A DNA stretch of 64,000 bases from Octopus sinensis (Eukaryota). The DNA is taken from positions 56,792,001-56,856,000 of the forward strand of contig NC_043000.1 in assembly GCF_006345805.1 (NCBI RefSeq). The letters are read 5' to 3'. The translations under genes were made by a program, and so were the position numbers. Numbering within the stretch: the stretch's first letter is position 1; each line of letters begins with the position of its first letter. The notes beneath the pieces were generated by a model that saw nothing but the letters and a program-made list of their open reading frames with translations, searched no databases and was not told where the DNA came from. Shown one piece after another: positions 21,430 through 33,678 of the stretch.

Positions 21430-21640
21430 TGGTTTCAAATTTTGGCACAAGGCCAGCAATTTAGGAGGATGGAGTAAGACAACTGCACTGACTCCAATAC
21501 TCAACTGGTACTTATTATATCAAACAAAAAAGGATGAAAGGCAAAGTCAGCCTTGGAAGAATTCAAACTCAGAACATGAAGACACAATAAGCATTTTGCC
21601 CAGTGTGCTAACAATTCTGCCAGATTGCTGCCTTAGTGAA
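21430..21640 (-). mobile_element. Nin-domain-like SINE, diverged
   Basis: ggtacttatt...ggatgaaaggcaaagtcagccttggaagaattcaaactcagaac. Confidence 0.7.
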
Positions 21641-22560
21641 AGCAGTAATATTAACTACAGAGACCTCTACAAAATACAGAAATATTTAAAAAATTTCATA
21701 CTTTTTGGATAATTTTTCATGAAGTTATTACAAATTTAATTAACTTCACATTTTATTTTCCCACCTATAAAGTTATTGTTGGCCACTCTGTGCAAAGTGC
21801 ACGTGTGTGTGTGAGAATCCCTGGTCACTCTTAGTGCTACTGATACCATGTAACCCAGTACAACCTGCTGCATGGTTTGGCTATTGGCAATGAAACCAGT
21901 AACCTTACCAACCCTGCTTGGTTAAGAAGAATGGTTTTTCATTGGATACTCTGCAGGATGGACAAAAAAACTTGTAAAAGGACAGATCTATCCAAAAATT
22001 CAGAGTGAGAGACTCCATGTGTTTGTTTATGTATCTTTCTCTCTAAGAAAAGGAAATTCCAAAGTAACAATTATTTGCAAAACCAGAAATCTTGCTCTCT
22101 CTCTTACTTGTTCCTGGACTGCATGACTTTGTAGGTTAGTCTTAGTGATGTTGAGCAATCTGTTACTGAATTTAAATTTCAACACAGGCATTGCTGACAG
22201 CAATGATAAGATAATTTGTCAGTGATGGCCTTACTTGCCTATGAACTGACAGCCACAACGTATGTATTTGTGTTTATTACATCAAAAGTAGACAGTCTAC
22301 TAAGCATTTCACTCATGGCTGGACTGTTCGTGGATGTTCAGGGTAAATCTCTGAGTAAACCTTCAACTTTTGGTGTGACAAACATATCCATCCACTTTTA
22401 CAAAATATATCGAGTTCTTTATCAGATAACATTTACACCACAGAAAATATATTTTTAGTATATTTTACAACTCATATAAGATGCCATGAAATGGAACTGA
22501 GAGTATATAGATATATATACTTTTTTTATTCTCTCTCTCTCTCTCTCTCTCTCTGTTTAT

Positions 22561-22700
22561 TTTCTCTTATTCCTTTCTGTTGAAGGGCGTTGGGTCAAAA
22601 TGTAAAAGACTTTCTCACTTTCCTGAGCATCAAACTAATACACCTGCTTGTTGTTCATACACCTACCTTCATCTTTTGTTTTTCTGTAAATTTCAACTAT
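22561..22700 (+). mobile_element. PLE-like terminal fragment with decayed hammerhead motif, ending in (TA)n
   Basis: tttctgttgaagggcgttgggtcaaaatgtaaaagac and its tail match the 43723-43856 copy. Confidence 0.55.
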
Positions 22701-22722
22701 ATATATATATGTGTGTGTGTGT

Positions 22723-23025
22723 GGAGGCGCATATATATATGTAGGGCAGCGGACTCGCAGTCGTAGGATCGCGGTTTCGATTCCCAGACCAGGTGTTGCA
22801 AGTGTTTATTGAGCGAAAACACCTAAAAGCTCCACAAGGCTCCGGCAGGGGGTGGTGGCGATCCCTGCTGTACTCTTTCACCACAACTTTCTCTCACTCT
22901 TTCTTCTGTAGGCCTGTTCACTTAGCCAGCGGGGTAGTGTCATTTGAAGGCTAAAACAATGCGAAGCGCATTGTGACCAGCGATGTATAGCAACATCTGA
23001 TAGCTTGATCGCTCATGTGATCATA
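22723..23025 (+). mobile_element. tRNA-derived SINE (head A plus tail 1)
   Basis: ggaggcgc...gggcagcggactcgcagtcgtaggatcgcggtttcgattccc. Reverse complement of 41364-41655. Confidence 0.85.
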
Positions 23026-23449
23026 TGATATATATATATATATATATATCAGGGATGTGCTGCCTAGGTAGGCAAGGTAGGCAGTACCTAGCTTGTAGAT
23101 CAATAGCAACATTTTCCTCTCATGGCAAATTATGCACCTAATTAAATAAAATTATGAAGGTTAGTCTGATTACTATGTATAGAATACAAAATGTTTTATT
23201 CTTTTGTAGATTACGTAGGCATAATTCGCCCTTGCTTTTCAATCTCAGTATTTAAGCTATGCATAGTACTACTGTAGTACACATGCTGCATACATTTCTA
23301 AAACACTGTTTTTTTTACATGCTATAAAGGCAGAAATAATTCTGCCTTCAACTGAGTCACACACCTATGTTTTGCTTATTTTTTGTGTGTTTTACTACAT
23401 AAAGGTCACCAACTGCCTGCCCTCAGTAACTACTGATGGCACGTGCCTG

Positions 23450-23482
<33 letters not shown>

Positions 23483-23685
23483 AATTTATCAAGCATATGG
23501 TATACACCTGGTAGTTTGCTGATAAAGCACATTCACTGCCCATGGCTAGCTGAAGTCATCCACAGTATTAATATAAATGTCATTGGATCTACCTCAGGAT
23601 TTCTTCAGTGTTCATCAGGTATGTAATTAATGTGAGACACAGAAAATGAAATATATGAGAATCTTTAGTGATCACTACAATCATT

Positions 23686-23923
23686 TTGACCCATTTAGCA
23701 TCGATCCCTTAAGCAAGCATCTTCTACTGTGGCCTCAGGCCAAACAAGGCCTGATGAGTGAATTTTGTAGACAGAAAGTGAAAGAACCTATAATATCATT
23801 CTAAAAATAAACTACCGCATCATTAGAATCTTGAAACTGAAAGACAATGAATGATTAATTCAAAACAATGTGAATAAATAAGCATTGCATTTGACAGAAT
23901 AATCTGAATGCTAAAGGGTTAAA
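23686..23923. mobile_element. piggyBac-type MITE (family 2) remnant containing a SINE fragment
   Basis: Right end gattaattcaaaacaatgtgaataaataagcattgcatttgacagaataatctgaatgctaaagggttaa matches 31430-31499. Confidence 0.6.
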
Positions 23924-24192
23924 TATTGCTGATGAGGCTCAGTGAGCATTTGTTTTGCCAAAATAAGTGGCCAGGTTCTAAGAATGTAGAAACCAAACCA
24001 CTTACAAAACACTCTCTATTCAACTTGAATTCTTCCACCACTGTGGACTAATAAGATTACCAGATTGGAAACTTCCATATAAATGTATATGGATAGGATT
24101 AACTATTGTACTTAATTTTGATTGACTACATTCTTCATGTCAGTATCAAGAGTATGACTAGTTCAATGACTGAAACAAGTAAAAGAATAAAA

Positions 24193-24249
<57 letters not shown>

Positions 24250-24251
<2 letters not shown>

Positions 24252-24470
24252 CATTATTTAACATCCATTTTCCATGCTGGCATGAGTTGAATGATTTGAC
24301 AGGAGCTAGCAAGGTTGGGGGCCACACCAGGCTCCATTGTCTGTTTGTCATGGTTTCCTCAGATGGATGCCCTTCCTAATATCAACTACTTTACAGAGTG
24401 TATTGTGTGCTTTCTATGTGGAACCAACACAAGTGCTTTTTACATGGCACCAGCACTGATAGAATAAGTT
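24250..24470 (-). mobile_element. RTE 3' tail fragment
   Basis: tttaacatccattttccatgctggcatg...ggatgcccttcctaat. Confidence 0.75.
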
Positions 24471-24704
24471 GCAAGACTCAGAGTGAGGCCTTTGGTTGCC
24501 AAAGATAGGTAAAAGATCTCTGAATTTTCTCCATCCTATTCTTATTGTAACAATAACACTTTCCATACATTCTCCTCCACTGTTGATTAAGTAACCTAGG
24601 TAGCAGAAATTATCCAGAACTTCTAGAGAGCCTCTGGGGTATTTGAAACATCAATTTCCCATGTAGTCATAGATTTTATGGCTCCTGTGCATTTATTGCT
24701 ATTG

Positions 24705-24744
<40 letters not shown>

Positions 24745-24750
<6 letters not shown>

Positions 24751-25044
24751 CCCGCCTTAGCAAAGGCGGAGGTATTGTTTTCAGTCGTGTTTGTTTGTGT
24801 GCTTGTCCATGGAAAAGATACCTCAAGAACTACTGGATGGATTCGGATAAAATTTTCAGGCACGTTTGGCCTTGTGACTGGCACAACCTGATTAGATTTT
24901 GGGATTGACCTGATTCTGGATAAGGATTCTGGATTATTTTTCTGGGTTTTTTTACTTAATTTTTGAGAGTGGTTAGGTTCATTTTTAGTATTTTCATTTG
25001 AGAAAGCAGTCGAATTTATTTCAGATATTCTCATTTTATAAATC
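24745..25044 (+). mobile_element. Helitron/Helentron-like non-autonomous element (5' part)
   Basis: Begins ttattacccccgccttagcaaaggcggaggtattgttttc with a GC-rich subterminal hairpin followed by a (TTTG)-type tract, the architecture of DINE/HINE-type elements. Family-level inference. Confidence 0.55.
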
Positions 25045-25440
25045 ACAAGCAGTATCGCCTGGCGTTGCTCGGGTTTGTAAGGGAAATAACTATATAAGCA
25101 TTTTTAGAGATGTAAAGTATAATAGCCATCTCAATATGGCTAACCACAAAGGGGGGGGTGTTACTGTAGCTTTTTACGTTCTGAGATTTAATAATAAATT
25201 TTTAGAGAGTTACTTCCCTTATATATGCCAAAAATGCATTAAAAAATGGGAAAAATTGATGGTAAACTTTTTTTTAAATCGTAGACTCATCGTAGACGCG
25301 CACTAATACCCAGAAGGGCTCGATATGAATCACGACTATAAGATACCCGGTTTTGGTTAAACTGCAAAATGTGGTAGTAGTTAGGAATCTATATCGTAGG
25401 AGACAGACAGCACACAACCTCTCTTTTATATAAAAAGATA
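25045..25440 (+). mobile_element. Helitron-like (Lep1/HINE-type) non-autonomous element
   Basis: 5' agcagtatcgcctggcgttgctcgggtttgt is shared with 31571. 3' agacagacagcacacaacctctcttttatat. Confidence 0.55.
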
Positions 25441-25539
25441 TCTGGCTAATCATTGAGAGGATGTTGGTGTTGCCTTGGTAGAGGTTTGTGCTCTCTGAGT
25501 GCTTTTGTTATTGTTATCATCATCATTATTATCATCATT

Positions 25540-25750
25540 AAGGCAGCAAGTGAGCAAAATCGCTAGCATGCCAGGTAAAATGCTTGGCAGTATTTTATCT
25601 ATCTTTACGTTCTGAATTCAAATTTTGCCAAGGCTGACTTTGTCTTTCATCCTTTAGAGGTCAATAAAAATAAGTACCAGTTGAGCAATGGGGCTGATAT
25701 AAGTGACCTATCCGCTCCCCAAAACTTACAGGCCTTGAGAAGACGAAGAA
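25540..25750 (+). mobile_element. Nin-domain-like SINE, diverged
   Basis: gttctgaattcaaattttgccaaggctgactttgtctttcatcctttagaggtcaataaaaataagtaccag. Confidence 0.75.
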
Positions 25751-25760
25751 TGCCAATTAA

Positions 25761-25840
<80 letters not shown>

Positions 25841-26009
25841 TGCTATATCATTATATTTTGGGATGATCTTTCTTCTTTTTTTGCCAAATAAACACACGCA
25901 CTATATATTCATTTTTCACTCGTTTAATACTGTCCTCATTTTATCTTATGCCCATTGGCTGGAAGTCTTTCATCACATCTGTAACCTTGTCAGGGACCCT
26001 TTCCATCCA

Positions 26010-26200
26010 CCACCACCACTTGACAGTATTGGTTTGTTTACATCTCCATAACTTAGCAGTTCAGAAAAAGAGACTAGTAGAATAAGTACCAGATTTTAAA
26101 ATAAGTGGCAAGGGGATCGATTCATTCGACTAAAACTCTTCAAGGTAGTGCCCCAGCATGGCTGCAGTCTAATGACTGATACAAAAAAAAAGATAAAAGA
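26010..26200 (+). mobile_element. CORE-type SINE 3' half
   Basis: ttggtttgtttacatctccataacttagcagttcag...tagaataagtacc...ccccagcatggctgcagtc. Confidence 0.75.
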
Positions 26201-26215
26201 TATATACATATATAC

Positions 26216-26247
<32 letters not shown>

Positions 26248-26251
<4 letters not shown>

Positions 26252-26386
26252 TAAATTAGAGACAAAACCACTATTAGGCAAATCAAACAATGAAAGACTT
26301 AATCCAATACATAAATTAATTTATATTATTTAAATATGTAACAATTATTAAAAAATATAATTAATATCCACTACGATCGTTTCCTG
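26248..26386 (-). mobile_element. 5'-truncated PLE-like terminus between two (TA)n tracts, retaining half a hammerhead
   Basis: Minus strand GAAA CGAUCG UA GUGG. Tail ttaaattagagacaaaaccactattaggcaaa is shared with 50669-50700. Confidence 0.45.
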
Positions 26387-26454
26387 ATATATATATATAT
26401 ATATACACACACACAGACACACACACACACATATATATACACATGTCTGTGTGT

Positions 26455-26665
26455 GTATGTGTGTGTATCATTATGCCTGTGTTTGTCTCCTATCACAGGT
26501 GTTGGTGTGTTTGCAGCCCCATTACCTAGCAGTTTGGCAAAAAAGACTGATAGAATAAGTACCAGGCTTCAAAAAAATAAATACTGGGGTCAATCCATTT
26601 GACTCAAAAGTCTTCAAAGCAGAGCCCCAGCATGGCTAATCACTGAAACAACTAAAAGATAAAAG
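26455..26665 (+). mobile_element. CORE-type SINE 3' half
   Basis: Family tail sequence. Confidence 0.75.
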
Positions 26666-26668
26666 ATA

Positions 26669-27061
26669 TGTGGTAAATAGCTTGCTAACCAACCACATGG
26701 TTCTGGGTTCAGTCCCACTGCATGGCATCTTGGGCAAGTGTCTTCTGCTATAGCTCCGGGCCGACCAATGCCTTGTGAATGGATTTGGTAGACGGAAACT
26801 GAAAGAAGCCTGTCGTATACATGTATATATATATATATGTGTGTGTGTGTGTTTGTGTGTCTGTGTTTGTCCCCCTAGCATTGCTTGACAACCGATGCTG
26901 GTGTGTTTACATCCCCATCACTTAGTGGTTCGGCAAAAGAGGCCGATAGAATAAGTACTGGGCTTACAAAGAATAAGTCCCGGGGTCGATTTGCTCGACT
27001 AAAGGCGGTGCTCCAGCATGGCCGCAGTCAAATGACTGAAACAAGTAAAAGAGTAAAAGAG
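26669..27061 (+). mobile_element. Young near-full-length CORE-type SINE
   Basis: Near-identical to 1371-1773 (reverse complement) and 35779-36175. Confidence 0.9.
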
Positions 27062-27072
27062 ATATATATAGG

Positions 27073-27104
<32 letters not shown>

Positions 27105-27672
27105 AAAAAAAGAGAGAGAGAGAAAAAAAAGAGAGAGGGGGGGAGAAGATTTTTTTCCCCCTTCAAGAAATTTAAATTTTGATATTTTCCAAACCTCACA
27201 AAGTCATTTTGAATTTGCTGACAAACGAAGTGTAAGACACAGCTTTGCAATGAATACTGTACAGAAGATAAAAAAATACATTTATAATCCATAATCTTGG
27301 AAATAAAGAAGCTTAATCAAACAGAAATATTAAAGCTAAAAATCTCCCAATCTTCTTTACAATATTTTCAAACCACATGTACCATGTATTATTTTGTATT
27401 TGACATTAAAAAAAAAACAAAAAAACTTCCAGAATTTTTATATATTATGTATATATGTATTTATTTTCATTCGGTTTTTTTTTTCCTTTAAAGAAAAAAT
27501 CCTAATAACTCAAAATAGAAACAAATAAATTAAATTGTTAAATTGCTTCCATGAAAGTTCAAGTTTTTTCTAACTTGTCCATAACTTATATAATATTCAG
27601 TTGAAGAAGAAAACACAAAATTTAAGAAGCGTACCAGTTTTATTATAAAGTTTTGTTTATGTTTTTACTATA

Positions 27673-27866
27673 CTCTTTACTCTTTTACTTGTTCCAGTCA
27701 TCTGACTGTGACCATGCTGGAGCACCGCCTTTAGTCGAGCAAATCGATCCCAGGACTTATTCTCTGTAAGCCTAATACTTATTCTCTTTTGCCAAACTGG
27801 TGAGTTACGGAGACGTAAACACACCAGCATCAGTTGTCAAGTGATGTTGGGGGGAACAAACACGGA
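27673..27866 (-). mobile_element. CORE-type SINE 3' half
   Basis: Reverse-complement family tail. Confidence 0.85.
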
Positions 27867-28224
27867 CATATTACTTACCTTGCCCGTCACTCCTTACATC
27901 AACCTCTAACATCTACTTCTACCTCCACCAGTTTATTCCCCACTCACATTCCTATGAAAGCATCCACACACTCTCTTGTCCACTCCCATGGCCCACTGTC
28001 TGTATCCTCTCATGCTCACCTTCTTGTTCCTTGAGAGTTTGTTCTAACATCCCATCACACCTTCCTCTAATTTTCTTCAGCCATGTATTTCCTCTATAGC
28101 AAGATTCCTGTGCTCGTCCTTCTATCAAATTTTAGCCTTTCAATGCCTAGCAAAAGGCAACCCAACTCCACCACCTTCTTCTTCAGTAGCATTAGAGGTT
28201 TCCCGTTCCTTTACTGCTGTACTT

Positions 28225-28440
28225 TTATATCTTGCAAGTTTCATGGCAACCTCACAAGCGCTGTAAAAAGCACCCGGTACACTCCATAAAGTGGTTGGTG
28301 TTATGAAAAGACACCCAGCCATAGAAACCAAACCAAAGATGACGTTAGAGCCTGATACAGCCTTGCAGCTTGCCAGTTCCTTGTCAAACTGTCCAACCCA
28401 TGCCAGCATGGAAAGCAGACATTAAATGATGATGATGACA
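28225..28440 (+). mobile_element. RTE 3' tail fragment
   Basis: aaaaagcacccggtacactc...aaactgtccaacccatgccagcatggaaagcagacattaaatgatgatg. Confidence 0.75.
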
Positions 28441-28554
28441 TGATATAGCACAATTTCAATGCATGAACATGTGGCAATAGTCCAGGACCTAAACCTCTCA
28501 GAAAGTTCAGCCTGTTAGCTTACTAATTGTCCTAAGCAAAAAAAAGAATAGCTT

Positions 28555-28815
28555 ACCAGGCATGGTTATGTGGTAAAGAAGCTCACTTTGCAACCACATG
28601 GTTTCAGGTTCAGTCCCACTGGTGGCACCTTGGGCAAGTGTCTTCTACAATAGCCCCAGATCAACCAATATCTTGTTAGTGAATTTGGTTGACAGAAACT
28701 CTGTGAAAGCCTGCCATATGCAGGAGGTTGATGTGTTCGTGTCTACCTTTGTGACTGCTCCCCACCACTTGTACCCACTTGACACCTGGTGTTGGTTTGT
28801 TTACATCCCCATAAC
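28555..28815 (+). mobile_element. Diverged CORE-type SINE
   Basis: Family head and CORE-like block. Confidence 0.75.
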
Positions 28816-28829
28816 TTAGTGATTCTTTC

Positions 28830-29110
28830 TTTTATTCTTTTATTTGTTTCAGTCATTTGACTACAGCCATGCTGGAGCACTGCCTTTAGTCAAACAACTC
28901 AACCCCAGGACTTCTTCTATCAGTCTCTTTTGCTGGACCACTAAGTTACAGGGACATAAACATACCAACATCGGTTGTCAAGCAATGGTGGGAGTACAAA
29001 TACAGACACAGATTTACATGCACACACACACACAGATATATATATATGACAAGCTTCTTTCAGTTCAACTAAATCCACTCACAAGGCTTTGGTCGGCCCA
29101 AGGCTATAAA
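28830..29110 (-). mobile_element. Diverged CORE-type SINE, tail-to-tail with the previous copy
   Basis: Reverse-complement family tail and middle. Confidence 0.75.
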
Positions 29111-29849
29111 CTGCTTTCCCCATAGACACAATATAGATCATGAAATAAAGTTTGAACTTGAAGCCATCTAGTCTATCATTCAGGACCTTATTCTCATTGC
29201 CATTATGCATTATTTTTTAATAAGGCATCAGCTTATGAACAATGAGTTGTCAGAGTACCTCATTAAGGAATGGTTGATTTTCCAGTTGTTTTGTTTTGAT
29301 AAACATAAGCTTGAAGATGTTTAGCAGAGAAAGAAAAAGAGATTCCTTGTAGCATTGGTGAGAGTTTTTTGTTGTTGTTGTTGTTGTTGTTGTTGTTTTT
29401 GTTTGTTTTTTTTAGAGCTGGGTAATATCCTTAAAGAAATTGGTCACAAAACAAGAGAAGGAACAGCTACAGTTATGAATTGAAATAAAATTGAAGGATA
29501 TACATGACATAGAAAAACTAGGGTTTCCTTGAACGAAGACCACAGCATTACAAAATACTCCATTGTCATCCTTACCACCAGAAATGCAGTGAACCAATGA
29601 TTGGTTCCACTGGAAACCCACAACCAATAATGCTTTAGGCTTTAGTGGCAGGTTACCTTCTATGATCTACAGAATTTTGTTACTAAATGAATTAATTGTC
29701 TATGGTTTGTAAACAGGTACCTTTAGCAGATTTCAATCTTTTGCAAGAATTCAGAACCCCAGCATTGTTTCCTTCCCAATGTTTTTCCTACAACATTGAA
29801 CTGTAGATGTTTAGGCTCAGCATCAACAACACTGACCACATCAGCCTTA

Positions 29850-30160
29850 CTACTCTGAGAGGGTCCATGAGAAATATCCCTCTTCCACTGACAACCTTAT
29901 GGAACTATACATGATGGTTCATTTATCATTTCTTTTTTACCAAGCACCACCCAAAGTGGCAGCATGCCATCATCAAGGAAATGGACAAGATGGAAGATAA
30001 CAGACGTCAAGTGGCAGAGATCAGATGAAGATGCAAAGAGCAATTCACACCAACTCTCCTCTTCGATAAATGCCCCCACCACCACCACCACCAGCTCTTC
30101 TATGCTGCCTTAGGCATGAACAGCCACCTCAGGCACCAGCACCCTTCACACCCACCAGTA
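29850..30160 (+). pseudogene. Fossil C-terminus of an RTE-like LINE ORF (second lineage)
   Basis: KWQHAIIKEMDKMEDNRRQVAEIR*RCKE...KCPHHHHHQLFYAALGMNSHLRHQH resembles the RTE-type ending WR..I..G...E..R...KR..RK...CP.C...F....GL.SHLR.H, and the 47625-47995 copy. Confidence 0.45.
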
Positions 30161-31184
30161 TGAAGATGCTCAAACATTCACTACAGATTAACTACTGAGA
30201 TAGGAGTTAATCCTGCCACCACCGATAACAACAACTTATACATGAATTAAAACAGCCACAAGCACAAATTGAAAACCCATGTCTAGGATTTAGTTCTCCA
30301 AAAACCTAACATATACTAAACGATGACTAAGCTGACAGCCATCATTTATGTATGTAAAGATTGGTGGAATCAAATGATGGTAAATGAAACTGATAGCTGT
30401 TCTTCTCTAAGGACTAATGTTTCAATGAGATGAATAATTTATAGAACAGCAGCCAGACAACTCTCCTTCAATGGTGTTACTTCACTTTGATCTATCTTCT
30501 GTCAACAGCTATTCTAACTGTTATCTAGAATAAATCTGTTCATAATACTGTATCATTTATCAATGCTTTATAGTCACCTTTTTTACCATTCCACTCCACC
30601 CCACCACAGTTACACTCACACCCACTCCACCGACTCTCTTGTCTATAAGTGTTTGTCTCTTTGTGTTTGTCTATTATTCACTGTCCCTTGAAATATATAC
30701 ATACCTATCTACATACAAAAATACATATAGATACTCCAGCAAAAATATCAATGTACAATAAAAACCATTCAAAAAGTGAACACTCTCAGCTATAAACAAC
30801 ACACACACACACACACCACACACACACATACATGTATACATATGCATACAATGAACAACTACATAGCAATACAAAGGAAAATCCTAACTTCAGCTCAGAT
30901 GCTTACTAAGACAACATATGTGGTGAAAAATTCAGGTCGAAGACCAAGACCGGTTTGACCTAGGAATGAGCTGAAACTGTATGTCCATCCACCACTCTAC
31001 AAGTAACTTAAATACATTAGCAACTTATGAGAATACTAACACAGCAGTCAGTCAATAGTATAAGTAACCTCTCCTTCGTAGACCACCATGGAGCACAAGA
31101 CTAGTGTTTACCATTGGTTTATGTGATTACCAACACACAAACCAAAGATTTTATCATTAGTAATTATTTTTGTGTATGAACAAA

Positions 31185-31560
31185 AGCATGGCTAAGCAGT
31201 TAAGAGGTTTGCTTCATAGCCATGCAGTTCCAGGTTCGTTCCTTTTGTATGGTGTCTTGGCCAAGTATCTTTTAACCCTTTAGTGTTTAAACCGGCCATA
31301 TCTGGTCCAGATATTCCACATGTTTTATATTCAAACTGGCAATATCTAGCCCCTCACACCTAACCTATATTGAAATTCTAAAAATAAACAATCACGTCAT
31401 TGAAACCTCAAAGCTATGAGATAATGCATGATTAATTCAAAACAATTTGATTGAAAAAGTATGACATTTAACAGAGTAATCTGAACACTAAAGGGTTAAC
31501 CACAGCCTCAGATCAACACAAGCTTTGTAAATGATACTGAGCAGAGGGAATCTGTATTAC
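31185..31560 (+). mobile_element. Diverged CORE-type SINE interrupted by a MITE
   Basis: Head ends gtcttggccaagtatctt, and the SINE resumes as ccacagcctcagatcaacacaagctttgt after the insertion. Confidence 0.6.
31272..31499. mobile_element. piggyBac-type MITE (family 2), intact with TTAA TSD
   Basis: TTAA-ccctttagtgtt ... aacactaaaggg-TTAA. Confidence 0.85.
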
Positions 31561-31570
31561 TTTACATATT

Positions 31571-31965
31571 ACTAGCAGTATCGCCCGGCATTGCTCGGGT
31601 TTGTTTCGACCCTTTAGAATTGGAATTTTTGAAAAGTAAAAATTTTGCATTATGTAGCTTGTTATTCTCTTTAAGTGAACATTTTTCTGATTGAAATACA
31701 CCGAAAAATGGTGACACAGCAGTAAAAAAAATCATAAAAAATAGGGATTTTCATAGAAAAAAGTACTTTTTTGATGTAAATGATTTTTGATGTTAACATG
31801 GTCCAATTTGAATTTTATCTTCTATGAAACGAAGAGCAAGCCTTCTTCTAACATACTCTCAATTTTGGTCAACTTGCACCGCAGAGTCTTGGAGGAGATA
31901 GTGTTAGTTGAAGGCTACCAAACCTGCCATAAACAGACACCTGCAGCTTTATACATATATAAATT
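31571..31965 (+). mobile_element. Helitron-like (Lep1/HINE-type) non-autonomous element
   Basis: 5' actagcagtatcgcccggcattgctcgggtttgt. 3' aaacagacacctgcagctttatacatat. Confidence 0.55.
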
Positions 31966-32264
31966 ATATTAATATTTTGCGGAGGTATGTGATTTAGTGA
32001 TTAGGGTGTTGTACACAACCCAGGATCATAAAATTGTGGTCCATCTGATGGGCTATACCTGTAATTCAAAAGTTGAACCTCATCATACCACTGAGTCACA
32101 CTGATTCCATTTGAAAAATTACATTCAGGGGAGACATATCTGTGGAATACTCAGCCACTTGCAGTTTAATTTCATGAGTGTGTAGTTCTGTTGATTGAAC
32201 AAGTGAATGCCCATTGTCAAAACTGAAAGAGGGTACATAATTTCCCTGTAGGACACACTAATCA

Positions 32265-32430
32265 TCATCATCAAACATCCATCTTCCATGGTAGCATGGG
32301 TTGGATGGTTTGACAGGAGCTGTCAAGCCATAGGGCTGCACCAAGTTCTACTGTCTGTTTTGGCATGGTTTTTACAGCAGGATACCCTTCCTAATACCAA
32401 CCACTTTACAGAGTGAACTGGATACTTTTT
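32265..32430 (-). mobile_element. RTE 3' tail fragment
   Basis: catcatcaaacatccatcttccatggtagcatgggttggatggtttgac. Confidence 0.75.
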
Positions 32431-32629
32431 ATATAATATATGTAGTAATAGACACACACACACACATACACACCAAATACAAAATATCTGTTATGGCTTG
32501 TAAGACAGTATCTACTTTAGAACCCATTCAAATCAGTTATCTTATAAAGTAACCAAGCAATGAAGTGGGCTTCATTTCGACGAAAATGGTTAGTTTGTAA
32601 TCCATCATGAAATGACTGAGCAGCAAGGT

Positions 32630-32830
32630 ACTCTTTTACTCTTTTACTTGTTTCAATCATTTGACTGTGGCCATGCTGAAGCACTGCCTTTAGTCGAGCA
32701 AATCAACCCCAGGACTTATTCTTTGTAAGCCTAATACTTATTCTATCGTCTCTTTTGCCAAATCGCTAAGTTACAGGGACGTAAACACACCAGCACTGGT
32801 TGACAAGCGATGTTGGGGGGACAAACACAG
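32630..32830 (-). mobile_element. CORE-type SINE 3' half
   Basis: Reverse-complement family tail. Confidence 0.85.
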
Positions 32831-33079
32831 TTTTGTTAAAGACAAAATTATATAAAATTTTTAAAAAAACTTCCAAAGAAATGGGTACTGGACCACCTAA
32901 AACTGGGACTAACCAGCAAATCCAAAGAAATGGATATTGTATAACCTTGAAACCAGAGCTGACCAACAGCTCTCAAAGCAATTAGGAAACATTTACATGA
33001 GATTGTCTCTCTCTCTCTCTCTGTTACACTCTAACCTTTCATCATCTGAAAAAGACCACCTCCTCCAATGCCTCCTCTT

Positions 33080-33425
33080 CTTTCAAAGATTCCTTGTCTT
33101 GCAAGTGACTTTGTGACCCTGCCAGTACTGGTACTGCGTAAAACGCATTCAGTTCATACTATAAAGTGGTTGCCATTTGGAAGGGCATCCAGCTATTAAA
33201 AACCATGTAAAAACTGACCTCACCTGTGCTGGTGCCACATAAAAAGCACTCAGTCCACTCTGCAGGTTGGTTGGTGTTAGGAAGGGCATCCAGCCATAAA
33301 AACCATGCAGAAACAGACACAGAAGTCTGGTGCAATCTTCTGTCTGACCAGCTCCTGTCAAACTGTCCAACTCATGCCAGCAAGGAAGGTGGACATTAAA
33401 CAATGATGATGATGATGATGATGAT
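33080..33425 (+). mobile_element. RTE 3' tail fragment with duplicated block
   Basis: gaagggcatccagc occurs twice (33180 and 33281), followed by an (ATG)n tail. Confidence 0.75.
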
Positions 33426-33630
33426 TGACATCACCAATAGTATTATCATCAAAGATATGACCAAAAGTTGGTGCTGTGAGCATTCTTGGAGATTATGACA
33501 AAAACTAACAGATTAATCACCAAACATTCATTCATTACTGTTATAATTGGTAAAATGAATTATACAGAGAACTCCACACATTTGCAAGTATGAATATGAA
33601 TTGAGAATTAATCTAACTCTGATAAGCAAA

Positions 33631-33678
<48 letters not shown>

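Noticed and set aside
22216-22458. Possible host exon (80-aa + strand ORF; minus-strand GCAA|GTAAG donor near 22235)
   Set aside because: No recognisable domain, the minus-strand frames contain stops, and no acceptor could be paired.
23925-23975. CUGAUGA-GGC...GCC-AAAA hammerhead-like string
   Set aside because: GAAA is absent, and no stem I/III or NUH is in register.
27880-28200. Minus-strand strong donor CAAG|GTAAGT at about 27885 with purine-rich upstream sequence
   Set aside because: All three upstream frames close quickly and there is no supporting acceptor or homology. It could only be a non-coding exon.
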